From positions 30,506,001-30,570,000 of the forward strand of contig CM052817.1 in assembly GCA_028534125.1 (NCBI GenBank): a stretch of 64,000 bases of DNA, given 5' to 3'. The DNA comes from Lama glama (taxonomy: Eukaryota). Made by a program: the position numbers and the translations under genes. The first letter of the stretch is position 1. Every line of letters begins with the position of its first letter. Positions 41,258 through 54,370 of this stretch are shown here, one piece after another. The notes under the pieces are model-generated. The model worked only from the letters and a program-made list of their open reading frames with translations, was not told where the DNA came from and did not search any database.

Positions 41258-41725
41258 TGTAAAGAAAAAAAAAAATGTTGCCTGCCATTCCACTTCTACA
41301 AGGATCAAGCCATTAGACACTGCAGTTGCCACCAACAGTGCACCCTGAGGGAAATTCAGGATGGAGAATAACAGGAAGCATTCTGTGCTTTGCATATGCT
41401 AGTTTCTAGATAGTTAAGATACACATTCAAGGAAAAATTTCAATGACCCCATACTCTTCCATCTTTCCAGGTATGGGAAAGCACTAAAATCATTAATTCA
41501 GGATGTCTGTTCTTTGTGATCAGCAATAATCTTTTTATGCTTGACTACAGGTTTCTCCCAGAAAAAAAAAGCTCGTATGTATCCTGGCTCCTCCCTTACC
41601 TCTTAGGAGCAGCCCCTCAAAGCTATCTAAGAAGCTATCTTCTGGGCTATAGTCCTTAACAAAGTCTTTGAATAAAATTTAACTCATAACTTTTATATTG
41701 TGTGTTTTTATTTCAGTCAACAGTT

Positions 41726-41745
41726 TGGGCGATTATGAAGGGAAC
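41726..41745 (+). other. Degenerate primer-binding site, tRNA-Arg type
   Basis: tgggcgattatgaagggaac, 3 nt after the LTR end, versus Arg PBS TGGCGACCACGAAGGGAC. Confidence 0.65.
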
Positions 41746-41988
41746 TAGAGCAGACTTCTCTCCTTTGCCTGACTTCTTTGAGGATCCAGAGCCTTGATAC
41801 CAGCAAGGGTCACTTATGCAAGTCCACCTCCTCAGTGAGTCCAGATGATTGGGCAAATATCTCCTGTGTCTCAGATCTTCTACCATAGGCTGATGATCCC
41901 AAGTTTTACTTGGTTATGAATAAAAAGATACCTGACTCTTCAGTTTAGAGACACAGAAGATTTACCCAATTTAAAGATACTGAGGAGT

Positions 41989-42548
41989 CAATGTTCATAG
42001 CAGCACTATTTACAATAGCCAAGACATGGAAACAGCCTAAATGTCCATCAACAGATGACTGGATAAAGAAGATGTTGTATATTTATACAATGGAATACTA
42101 TTCAGCCATAAAAACCAAAAACAATGCCATCTGCAGCAACATGGATGTTCCTGGAGAATGTCATTCTAAGTGAAGAAAGCCAGAAAGAGAAAGAAAAATA
42201 CCATATGAGATCGCTCATATGTGGAATCTAAAAAAAAAAACAAACCATAAATACTAAACAGAAATGGACTCATAGACATAGAATACAAACTTGTGGTTGC
42301 CAAGGGGGTGAGAGGTAGGAAGGGACATTGATTGGGATTTCAAAATGTAGAATAAATAAGATTATACTGTATAGCACAGGGAAATATATACAAGATCTTA
42401 TGGTAGCTCACAGAGAAAAACATGTGACAATGAATATATATATGCTCATGTATAACTGAAAAATTGTGCTTTACACTGGAATTTGACACAACATTGTAAA
42501 ATGATTATAACTCAATAAAAAATGTTAAAAAATAATAAAAATAAAAAT
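41989..42548 (+). mobile_element. Young camelid-type L1 3' end inserted in the ERV leader
   Basis: Encodes the L1 ORF2 C-terminal motif MFIAALFTIAKTWKQPKCPSTDDWIKKM; A-rich tail; perfect 16-bp TSD aaagatactgaggagt at 41973-41988 and 42549-42564. Confidence 0.95.
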
Positions 42549-43348
42549 AAAGATACTGAGGAGTACCCTCCAGCTGAAAGATACTGGAGGTACCCAGTTG
42601 AAAGAAACTGGGGAAAAATGCCACAGTTGAAAGATACTGGGATTTACTCAGTTGAAAGACACTATGTGGCAGGACTGGGTAATTAGGTAGGAAGCTGGCC
42701 TAACATCTTTCTTAAATGAAGAACAGCAAAAAGCCAACTTCCAACTAACACCCTCGCCAGATTCATGTATGATATGTACAAAACATATTTGCAAGTACTT
42801 ACTTCATTGAGAAATAAGGAAATCCCGCCTTAAATGTGGCCAAGATAGGACTCTTTTTCACATTCCCTAACTGGTTTTTCTGTACACGGTTAGAGAAAGT
42901 TGGCTTGATAAAATATCTTTTCAGAATTCTGAGCTTAAAGGAACAAAAACCTTTCTAGGAGGGCTTGCATTTCTCTCCCTGTTCCTTTGAGATGTAAATG
43001 TTCTACCTGATTTTCTTAGGCTGTTTGTTTTGTGTTTTGAGAGCTTGGTGTCTCCCATCTAGAAGGTACACATAAAGTGAACATTAGGCAGCCAGTTGAA
43101 TAGCCTGGGATTTTGAGCAGTCCTTTTGGGCGTGACAGCTCTCAGGGCAATTTGTCTTAAGGGGTCCCAGCCTATACAGGACCTCATTTCAACCGTCACT
43201 GTGTCCACCTGTACAATGAAGGTCCTTACTTTCTTAGACTATCTGGGGAGTAAACTTTCTGTATCTCGTGAAGGCTGCATCCTCTGCACTGTCTTGTAGG
43301 GATGCTTCCTGTGCCTCATTGGTTTGAGTCACAATTAAGATACTAATC

Positions 43349-43412
43349 ATACACCAGAAACTGACACATTGTAACTGACTGTACTTCAATTAAAAAAAAT
43401 TTTTACTTAAAA
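43349..43412 (+). mobile_element. 64-bp extreme 5'-truncated L1 tip inserted in the ERV
   Basis: acaccagaaactgacacattgtaactgactgtacttcaattaaaaaaa matches the L1 3' tip at ~58190-58230 (reverse strand); perfect 12-bp TSD aagatactaatc at 43337-43348 and 43413-43424. Confidence 0.85.
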
Positions 43413-45574
43413 AAGATACTAATCCTCAATGGCCAGAGGATGGATCCTTTGAATTAGAACAAACTACTAAACTGGTAAATTTCTAGAGATCTCATTATAA
43501 ACAGCTGTTTTATTGGTACCTATGAGAAAAAGGTGTATACAAACAAATGTAATGGCTAACCTTAAAAACTCCCTTATTTTAAAACAAATGACACAAACAA
43601 ACAAATGGTTTGGGAAGCCTCATTTGTGGTCTCAGCTTCCCTTCACTAGGTGTTACAGATATGAATAAAAACATTATTAATTAATGTTGATTAGGATAAT
43701 TAAAAAAGGAATAAGAGCAAACTGAGGGGAAAGTCAAGTAATTTCTTCCCCAAAAGTTGGAAATGTTAAAAGGACTCATCCTAACAGAATGAAAATTTTT
43801 GATGGTTATTAAAAAATGAGATAAATAAAATGGACACTGATAGGATTAAAACAAAGGTTGTGCTGCAACACTACCTAAGGCTGAATGGCCAAAGAGACTG
43901 CCTTTTGCTTCCCAATACTGAAGGGTCCCAAACAAATCCACTCTATTTACCTCAGTTTAGAAAAAATGTAAAAGGCTAGAAGAAAAAGTTACACTAAGAT
44001 ATCTGACCAGCAATTGCTTGGTGCAACATTTAGGCCAATTCATTAAGTTAAAGATTGACAACGGGCCTGGATTCCTGGCTTGACCCCTCATTTAGGACCC
44101 CAATGTCTTATATATAAAAATAGGTAAAATGGCCCAAGGATAAAAAGGAAAGTTTCTTAGACTCCTTGAAAGAACAAGACTTACTGATCAGGTCCAACTG
44201 GAGGCTACAATTAAGCTGTAAGAGTTGACAGAATTGAGATAAAAGTTTATAAAACTTGGTGTATTTTAATGGGCTTTATATAAGATGGTTAAATCTCTTT
44301 GGCCTAATTATATCGTGGGACAGACTAAGTCTCACTAGGGAATGCTCCCATGCCTGGAATTATAAGGCAGGGCATATAAATCTGCCCCCCAGGCAAAATT
44401 AATTAAACATACTAAAGGAAACCAGTAGGATTACTTGAGCCCACACAATATGAAGTAAAACCTGGGGGCTAATATTCAGGGACTAATAAAGGTAATAATG
44501 GAAGTGTTTTTGTTTTTTGTTTTTTTGGCTCAGGGGTGAATTGTTCTGGGTTTAACTTGTATGCTCAGAAAGAGGGCCTCTGTTGAATGCCTTGTGCAAA
44601 CTTTTGAAGACATGATAAACTGGACTCTAAAGTTCTAAAACATAGAAATCTTGATCTTCAGTTTAATTGAAAATATTCTCACTGATATAAAGAAGCCAAT
44701 TAAAGAAAATGTAGTTGGGTAAATCAATTTTTTTTATATCATTTAGATGGCAAATCAGTTCTTTGGGGAATTAAAAGCAACTGTCTTTGTCTTGCAAATC
44801 TCTACAAATAAGAAATGTAAATCCAAGCCCCAAAGACCTGAGATTGAGCCTACTTAACTCAATCAGGTAGAACCTGAAACCAAAGGGAAAAAAGAGGGAA
44901 AAAGGCTTTTTTTACGAGTACAAATTACTGGAAAGTCTCCCTTGCCCAAAATCTAATACACAGCTTACTCAAGAATTTATCAGCGACAAATACAAATCCT
45001 AAAAAGCTTTTCCACAAATGGGAAAAAGCATGAGTCATCTGAGCAAACAAACATAACTTATTCCAACTGTTAATTATATTTATAAACTAGTAAGTTTATA
45101 CTGTAATTGTAATACCTGATTCATGACTAAGTTTTAAAACGAAGCTATGACATCTCTAGTCAGGTCCATTTATATGTCTATGTGTACATTATAAAGAATG
45201 TTTTTACTTCTGGATAGTATTATGAAAATTAATTTATAATAGCACTCTATTGAATTGACTTAAAAGCACTTATAAATTAATTACTTCTAAATGTAATAGA
45301 AACTAACCCAAATGAATTTCAAGTTCACATGATCTGGGAAATATTCAATATTAAATTAATATTTGGTGTGAAAGTTTGTTTGTTGGTTTAATTAATAAAA
45401 ACATGTCTTACTTTTATTGTATCTGGGTTCACTAAAATCAAATAAGGTTATGTTATCTCTGTTACAAAATTTATCAGCAAAAAAATAGCTTGGAATGACA
45501 GCTGACTTGGTCTAAAGTATCACAAAATTTTCATGTGTAATCTAAACATAATTGTTGGGAACAAGTGAATAAAT

Positions 45575-46027
45575 TGTGAAGGAAAAGCCGGGCTGGTCTA
45601 ACAAGATAACTCACAAGTCTAGGAATGTGAAGGAGAGGCTGGGCTGGGCTAACAAGTTTAAGTATTGGAATACTGATCTGAGTTCTGCTGGACTAACTTG
45701 TAAATCTAAGTTAATTAGTGTTGGTTTGCTGTTCATGTTTTTTTGCTAGCCAGCTGGATTTTCAAAGATATATATCTGGCTTTGGAATGTTGGTTTGCTG
45801 CCTCCCTGCCTCCACTTTGGTGATAATGATGTTGCTAAAGCTGTTCCATGCCTATTGGCCAAATACCCCAAGCTTGTACTTTACCCTATAAAACCTCATG
45901 TGCACATCTTGGAGGTGCTCAGAGCTTCGGAGCAGAAGCCCCTCTGAGCCTGCCGGCGTAATACATGTGAGTACTCCAACCCTCCGAGTGGTGCTTGTTT
46001 CTTGGCTGGCCTGTCGTTTCCATAACA
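45575..46027 (+). mobile_element. Second-family ERV1 solo LTR nested in the provirus
   Basis: TGTG...AACA termini, 4-bp TSD aaat on both sides, TATA-like cctataaaa, polyA-signal-like gtaataca; higher GC/CpG than the host provirus. Confidence 0.85.
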
Positions 46028-48721
46028 AAATAAGATATAAATGGGGTAGAAGCTTTTAGATTAACTTGTTGAGAATAATTATGTCTTATGGCATGATAAT
46101 TTCTCCAGAGTTTTGGTAACTTGAAACTTCAGAGTTCTGCTAATTTAAGTTAAATGATAGAAATTTATTAAACATTTAGATCATTCCAAAATAAAACAAG
46201 ATACTGAAACATTAACTACTAAACACAGGCTTCCTTTTAGAGAGAAACAAATGATATTTAGGACTATTAATAAAAATGTTTGGTGCCACACTGAAAATTT
46301 TTCATTAAAAAAGCACATTTTAGAAATTATAAACAGTATTTATAAGTTTACCAATGTACAGAATGCTAACGTAAAAAATAGTTCATGAACGTTTACTTCT
46401 TCATTTTCACTAGAAATTAAGGTTTTTAAAAGCCAAGAATTCCAATTAATATATGTAGTTAAAACTACCAGCATTACTAATGAAACATATGTCTATGAAA
46501 TGATGAAAGATATAAGGAATGGAAACACATTTTTTAAGGGAAAAGAAAATAATTTTGTCCTAAAGAGAGGAAAAGAAAGGAAAGCACAGGACAAAATCCA
46601 AAGTTAAAAAAAAAAAATTATAGAAAGCTTGTGAGAAAGGGACTCTGAGAAAAGTTTTGTGCATAGTCAGGACTGACTAAGATTAGAACAGAATTTAATT
46701 CAGTAAATAAATTTTAATATTAAAAGTGATCCGGTGCAAAACCAGAATTTGTGTTAAGAGAGCAATTTTCTGGGAATATTGATTTGCTTTCGGTAACAGA
46801 TTGTAAAGTTTTTTTTAACCTCTTAAGTAAGCTGTTGTAACTTTCTGTATTTGTCTTTAAAATCTTTTATTGTCACTTTGGTTGAGCAAATAAGCATTTT
46901 TTCACATTGAACTATGATCCCAATTGACCAAGTATTTTAAAACCTTTTCATATCTTTGACAAAATTCCTCAAGTCAAATCCTAAATGAAGATCTTTTGAC
47001 CTCTAGCTAACTTTAGAATGCTTCAGAGGGCCCCTGATACATCCCAAAGAGAGACATTAAACTAAGTAGGTTTATTTGATATGTTAAATTACATGAGAAA
47101 CATTGTCAAATAAGTGGTAATAAATCTTCTTAGGTTATACTGTATGGGTAAAGGTCATTAATATAGATATTCTAGAAATTATACGGAATTTCTAAAAATC
47201 TGATATGTCCTGATATATTGTTATCAGTCATAACTATAGTTATTATCTTAAAAATGCTGTATGCCACAGAAATAACAAAGTTTGTCAACTGCATTGTAAT
47301 TGCAGATCTTTAACCATGCTATTTGAAGTCTTTCATCATTTACAGATAGTTATTGTTTCACTCTGATGCTTTTACAAAAATGAAGATCTTCATAAAAAGA
47401 TTCATAAAATGGATTTTTTTTTAAATATAGGTTTGTGATGATTTTTAGATCATCACTGAACTGGGTAAGAAATTATAAAACTCTAATGGAAACTCTGATG
47501 GCTTCAACTAGACCAATAAAAATTAATTATATGGACTGAATGAATTTATAAATATGATTTATAATTTTATGAATTTTTATCTGAAATATTACAGGCCCTT
47601 AATCTCTGTTTTCTAGAAAACTGTTCCTCTTACACTATGACCTACAGCAAGTTGATAATGTATACCTTTATAAATGAAGATGAAACATTTATCTTTTTCT
47701 CTCTACCTGAGCCCTCCAGAATTTGGCTTCTCCAGCTGGCTCCCCTCTGGCTTTGATGACTTACCGAAATTCAGATTGCAACCAGTTATACTAATCATTG
47801 TTTTAATTTATTCTCTTTATTGTTTTTAAACTGTTTATGCTTTGTCTCTCTCTCTCTGCTGTACTATGACCTTATCAGTGTTACTAGCTGTATCACTTAT
47901 ATCTTGTCTGTTTTATAAGATTGCTGTCTCTTGGATTACCTGATGTGTAACCAGACCTCCAACAAAATTAATGATGGCTAAACATCTTGAGGCAACTGAT
48001 CACATATACGGCTCTATATAAAATTAATTGTAGCAGTGCAACTCTAGATATGGGAAGAAGCAACAAGGAAAAACATCTCCTGATCATAGTGGACTAGTAA
48101 GACAGCTGTCCTAGAGAACTTTGGTTATTAACAGGGTCTAATCGAGATACAGCACATGAACAACCTGTCACCAAGATCTTCCCCTAACTTAGGAGTGTTA
48201 CTAGGGCCCTGAGACAAATTATAATCATGAAATGCTCCCCAAATCTTGGTCAAATTTATGACCAACAGGGGGCACTGTAAAGAAAAGGTGTTGCCTGCCA
48301 TTCCAGTTCCACAAGGATTAAGCCATTAGCCACTGCAGTGCCCACTGACAGCTCACCCTGAGGGAAATTCAGGATGGAGAAAAGCAGGACACATTCTGTG
48401 CTTTGGATATGCCAGTCCCTACAGAGTTAAGATACACATCTAAGGAAAAATTTCAATGACTCCATATTCTTGCATTTACCCATACATAGAAAAGCACTAA
48501 AATCATCAACTTGAGATGTCTGTTCCTTGTGACTAGCACTTATCTTTTTATGCTTGAATACATGTTTATCTCAAAAAAAAAAAAGTTCATATATATCTTG
48601 GCCCCTCCCTTACCTCTTCAGAGCTATCTGAGAGGCTGTCTCCCAAGCTGTAGTCCTCAGTAACAAACCTGAATAAAAAGTAACTCACAACTTTTATGTT
48701 GTGCGTTTTTATTTCAATCCA

Positions 48722-48906
48722 TTTTCTGTGTCTAAAAGGTAGAAAAGCTGCCTGCTTTGGTCAATTCTTTGGGTTTCATATCTTTGGGGTGTATATGTAC
48801 AAAATTATATTAAATTTGTTTTACTCCTGTTAATCTCTTTTTTCATGGAGGGTGTCTCAGCCAAGAACCTAGAGGGGTAGATGGAAATTATTTTTCCTCT
48901 CCTACA
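48722..48906 (+). mobile_element. MER34-like LTR, 3' part
   Basis: Ends tctcagccaagaacctagaggggtagatggaaattatttttcctctcctaca, the MER34-type 3' terminus; joins the half at 40953-41257. Confidence 0.8.
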
Positions 48907-49229
48907 GGAGTCTTCTGTTTTCTCAAGCACCCTTCAGGGTAACCTCTATGGCTGCCAACTCAGCACTACCCTCCTCTCACCACCCACACTGCTCCCCTTC
49001 TTCCCTCTCCACTGCTCAAACTAAATAGCTCATTCACAAGTTTTCTGACAAATCATTTTGCAATAATGTAGGTGGTGGTTTAAAGTGCAAATCTGCATAG
49101 GTATAAGAGTTCAGGCCTCCTCATTTCACACTCACCTCATCTTGGGAAGACTTGAAACCAGATTAATTAGGATTTCTCAGACCTCATTTTCTTTTACTTC
49201 ACATCAAAATTTGATATAGCTCATCACAT

Positions 49230-49751
49230 GGAGTGTAAGCCTGACAGTGAGTTTTCTCTTTTTTGTAACACAAGTGCCTGACTTAGGCTTGGCTGCCCTT
49301 GCTTCTACTTCAAAAAGGCATTCCCTTCATAGACGGCTATTGCCATCCACTTTACACCCACACTGCCAGCCACATTACCAGGTAAAGAGCCAGGCCTCAC
49401 CGCAGGCTCCTTTATTTTGAAGATCTCTGTTGATTTGGATCATTGACCATTTGGGCCTCTTTTTTTTTTTTTCCTCTTCCTGTACTTTAAACTCCTGCTC
49501 TTATATTAAAATTCACTGCTAAAGAGTGAGCCTACAAAACCCTAGGCACCCACCCTCCACCCCAGTAACAGCAGAATCCCAAACCCATGTTCTTTCTCTC
49601 TCTCATACCGTACCCTCACTGTGTAACCCAGGTGTGCCATGTAATTTCCAAGACCTGAAAGTAATAAACCTGTTTTTTCAGTTTCCTGAGTTATTGCTGA
49701 AGATATCTTGCAATCATAATAATAACCACAAAGGCCCATCCAGCCACAATA
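49230..49751 (+). mobile_element. ERVL-type solo LTR (MER74-like)
   Basis: 3' end gtaataaacc...ttattgctgaagatatcttgcaatcataataataaccacaaaggcccatccagccacaa; 5' boundary uncertain. Confidence 0.6.
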
Positions 49752-52700
49752 CTAGTTACAGACAGGCAAAGAACAGCACACAACAACACATTAACTTGAC
49801 ATCAGAATTTTTAAAACTTCTCTAACTATACTGGCCATATTCTCTGACCTTCACCTCTCTGTTTTTCCTCCTAACCATCTATGAGCTATTATTCTAAGAT
49901 ATACTCTTTAGCCTTACAACTCAGAAGGCTTACTCACTCTCACAACTGCTATTACCTTTAGGTTGGTGAAATCTAAACATTTATCTCTTGCCTAGAATTT
50001 CAGTAACATATGTGCAATGTCTATATAAGGATTTTTCTCCTGTATATAGCCACTGCCCAACATTCAAATATGCAGAAAGACAAATTTGCCACTTTTCTGT
50101 CTAAATTTATATACTTTTTCCCCCCAAATCTTGAAGTTACCTCTGATTTACGTCTTTCCTTCCATTCATAAATTGTCTAAAAGAACTGCTGATTCTTCTT
50201 TTGAATTCTGTGTTCAAAAACCCAAAATTAAATTAAATGTTATCATGATTTATTGTTTAGATTATTCCAGTATTTCACTAATTGGTCTTCCCAACTCAAG
50301 TCTCTCTCCATTCAATTTACCAATGACCAGCTTTCCTAAAGTACTGCTTTTCATTCTTTCACTTTCTGGTCTAAAGTCTCTCTTGAGCCTACATTACTCA
50401 TAGCATCTATCTTAAACTCTCCGGTCTAACCCGATAGGTTCATTGTTAACAACATATCTCCTTCCATTCCTTAATCATAGACGTAATCAGTGAATCACAG
50501 TGTACTGTAAAAAAAAAAAAAAGGGTTGCTCACCATTTTTCATTTATTGCTGCATTTCTCTATACTTGGAGAAAAAAATTATGTCCTCAAGAAATGGTCT
50601 TAGTTCATATTCATTTCCATACCTGGTATGCTGTCTTCTTTACTTCTTATAAAAAATCAAGGTCTAAATCATGTACCAACTCTTCCACTAAATATTGTCA
50701 ATCCTCCAACCTGTATTAATTCTTCTCCTTTTTCAACTGTATCACTGTACAATATCCTATATTCCACTTCACCTGAAGTAGCTTTGTCTTTCTTGCTAGG
50801 TATTATGATACCTTATCTATTTGAAAAATTGTCATGGTATTAGACAAGGATAAGATGAATTTGAATCCCTATAACCAGAATCTAAAAGATGAATTAAGAA
50901 AGGCAAGTGAATAAGAGAGAATCTCCCAACTATTGGATTTAGCTACTAGTAGGGAAACAAAGTCTTGGTGACTTAGAATGCATAAAATTCACTGTGATAA
51001 AGCTGTGGAGAGAACAGAAACCTAAGTGCACTCCAAGGAAACAAGCAAAGGTGGGTGTGTGTATGTGTGTGTGTGCGTAACATCTGAACAGGTGCGTATG
51101 TGTTTGTGGTGGGTGGGGGTACTCTTTCACCAAGGAGGGAGAGAAAGTGATTTGTGAACCAAACAGTGGCCTTCCATGGGGGAAATGTAGATTCCTCTCT
51201 GCAGATTTCCAGGCTCATGACAGACACCATCCAATCTAAATTTCAACCACAAATTCATTTTATAAGTGAAATAAATTAATTTAAAAGTAATTTCCATTTT
51301 AATAGTTCCTTCTGCAACATGGATATAGGCATCTTTAAGATCTTAAAATAATAAGCATAATAATTATTATAATAGCTATCATTTGTGAAGGATTTGTTAT
51401 GCCTTGAGTAGACTATGAACATCTTTACACAGCAGAAATGACAGAAAAATTATGTAATGAATGTGTGGAGAAATAAAACATTCCCAGATTTTTCATTTTT
51501 CCTATAAAAAGTCCAAGCTTCCTGCAACATGGAAATTTATTCACTATGAAGTTACAGAATCTTTTCTTTCATTTATCTTAGAAACATTTTCATCTATCAT
51601 AGGATTAAGTCTGTAGCCATTTGTTTCCCTAATGATGGTACTAAATTGCTCTGATACAAAAAGATAATGAAACTTATCTCCTCCAAAGCCAAAAAGTTAC
51701 ATCCTAAGATAGGTACCTAAGCACCGGGTGAAAGTACCGAGGGGACTATTCCTAGGTACTTACATTTCAAGGAGGAATGAGACCCAGGACTTAGAGGTAT
51801 CTCTCAGTCTGAGATACACAAGGCTGTCTGACTTCTGGGGAGATTTTATTTACATCCCAAAGTATTCTGGTTATGAAACAGGGCATCATGTTTCCAAGGA
51901 GACTCTTTCAGGAGAGGAGCAAGACAGTTACTTCCTTACTTCTTGGTAAGTAGAGAAAAAAAAGTTTTTTTCACGTTCTTTGCCAATGGTCAGACAGTTT
52001 GGCTACTTGAGTAGAGAGTACAGGCTCTCGCTGTGTCACCACAAATGTAAGGCCAGGGGCTGGAATAGGGATGGTGCTTTTACTATAAATAAAAACCTAT
52101 CATTGATCCAAAACATCCAAGTGCTCATTCAGACTAAAATTAATAAAGATGAGTATTAAAAACCCAAACCCTAACATGATGTGAACTTTGCAGTCTTGGC
52201 AGTTATAAAAACTCAGGTGTACAATATATAATTTACTTTATTTCTACATCTCACTATTTCTGCTTCTAATAACTTTGCCAAACACAAAATTTCAATCTTG
52301 GTTTGTAAATTTAGACTTTCCTGTAATTTCTGCCTCTGGTTTGAGAAAAAGTCTATGTAACATTAAGGCATCAGGGGTGGTACGCATGTGATCTTTGCTC
52401 ATTTTCCTGAAGATACCTTGTGGAGTTATAACTTGTATATTCTTTCCACACAGCTATTAAAAATAGATTGCTACTGGAACATGTATTGAATGTACTGAAT
52501 GATGATGTTCTCACTGATTTGATTCCCACTTCAGTTATGACATATAGTCTAGCATCTGAATGCTAGATTCAGTTCAATCACCCTATTGTCCTCTCCATCT
52601 CACCTTGATGGAGTTGGAAGTGAAGAAGGTCAATAACTGGCACTCCTACCCAATTATTGAAGAATTATGAGATACATATTAGTTGGCCTATTAGGAGATC

Positions 52701-53384
52701 CAAACATTACCTGTGTGTCTGATTAAAGCAGACAGTGGAAAGTGTGGCTTATCTATTAACGTATTTTCTAGTACTGAATCTGAAATTATGCAGTTTCCCT
52801 TTTAATCTTAGCAAGATGGTAAAGGGACAGTCCTCCTTCCCCTCTTGTAAAACGGGAGAACAGAGCAGCTTCCTGAGGACAGTTCAACTTCAAGGGGGAG
52901 AAAAAGGGGCTCCTCGTTTCTTCTTCTCAATTCAAAAATCAATAACTCCCTGAACTACTTAGGAAGAAGTTAGGTTGAGTGGCCAGACATGTTATAACAG
53001 TGGATTTTACACATAAAGAAATACCAGAAGTGAGGAGAAAGCATTCTACAATCCCTCTCGTACACCAATATTCTCCAGCATTCTGCTCTCCTAAACCACT
53101 GGCCTTAATCATTAGCTTCAGCTCAGCCAGGGGAGTGGCTTCCCCCCCCCGAGAAAGGAATCAGTAGCCTATAAAGACATTCCCGCTCCCACCAGTGAGT
53201 CACCTATCCTACCTATGACTTTGGGTGTCCAGATGTTGACAAACGTCTTCTACTTCCTCAGTCAGAGGCATTCTCAATGCCTGAAATGGGTATAGTTCCT
53301 TCAGGAATTCATAAACTGTATCACGTCAAAGTCAGGTTTTTACTAACTACATTTGGACTAAAGAGTCCAAAGAATACTCATCTG

Positions 53385-54370
53385 GAAAAGGATAAAGTTG
53401 AATCTATATCATACTCCATGACCACTGATAAACTCAAAAGGAATCAAAGATTTAAATGTATAAAGGAAAAAAAATGCAACCATGAAAGTACTAAAAGGAA
53501 AAAATTCCTTTATAAACTTGGAGAAAATCTAAATATGACTCAAAACTCATAAAAGAAAATACTGATATATTTTTCTACATTAAAAAATAGGCAGGGTTAA
53601 AAGACAAATGACTGGTGTGGGAAGAAAAACTTGAAACTCTCATCACAAACAAAAGGCCCATCTCCCTCATATAAAAGAAGCAGCTAGATACCTAACAGAA
53701 ACAAAACACTAAAAGCACCCTAGAAAATGAGCAAATGAGAGCCAGTTAGTTCACAGCAAAAAAAAATCCAAACATCCCTTAAACAAATGGAAAGATATTC
53801 AACTCATTTGTATCTTATTACTAAATAATAAATATAAATAATAATATTTTTTACCTATCAAGCCAGTAAAAATATAAACATTTCATAATACTCTGCTGAT
53901 GAGGCTATGATGAAGTGCACTGCAAGCAGAATGCAAAATGGTAAAAGACTTATGGAATTTGGCAATATATAAACAATACCACATACACATTTATCTTTTG
54001 ATCCAGCAATTCAACTTCTCAGCCAAAAATGACAAGCATAGAAGTTTATTACCACACTACTATTTTAATTACAAAAGAATGTAAATCACCCAGATTTCCA
54101 TCAACAAGGGACTATTTAAATAGGCTATGATATGTTCACATAAAAAAATTAATACTACAGCAGTATTAATACTTTATACAATAAGAAGGAATGAGAAACT
54201 CCTGACACGCTGACATGGAAATAGTTCCAGAGTATGTGCTAAGAGAAAAAAACAAGGTGCAGAATAGTGCACAAAGTTTGATTTTTTTTTGTAGTGAAAA
54301 GAAAAAATTAAGAATATATATTCACATTTGCATGCATTTGAATTTTTTAAATGACACAGGAGGCATACAT
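53385..54370 (+). mobile_element. Old L1M/L1ME fragment
   Basis: tggaaaagataaagttgaatctatatcatactccatg; aacaaatggaaagatattcaactca; cttttgatccagcaattcaacttc. Confidence 0.65.

Larger units (their letters stand above)
41258..48721 (+). mobile_element. Two-LTR non-autonomous ERV1 provirus (MER4-group-like internal region)
   Basis: 5' LTR 41258-41722 and 3' LTR 48276-48721 (TG...CA; 12 mismatches in the first 100 aligned bases); PBS after the 5' LTR; purine tract aacagggggcac before the 3' LTR; gag-MA-like remnant ~42740-42910; env-TM-like remnant ~47725-48000; no pol ORF. Confidence 0.9.

Noticed and set aside
41991..42173. ORF MFIAALFTIAKTWKQPKCPS
   Set aside because: C-terminal scrap of L1 ORF2 in a truncated insertion, not a host gene.
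42565..42665. Repeat-spacer-like array (cagttgaaagatactgg units) resembling CRISPR
   Set aside because: Eukaryotic ERV leader tandem repeat; spacers under 10 nt, degenerate units, no cas genes.
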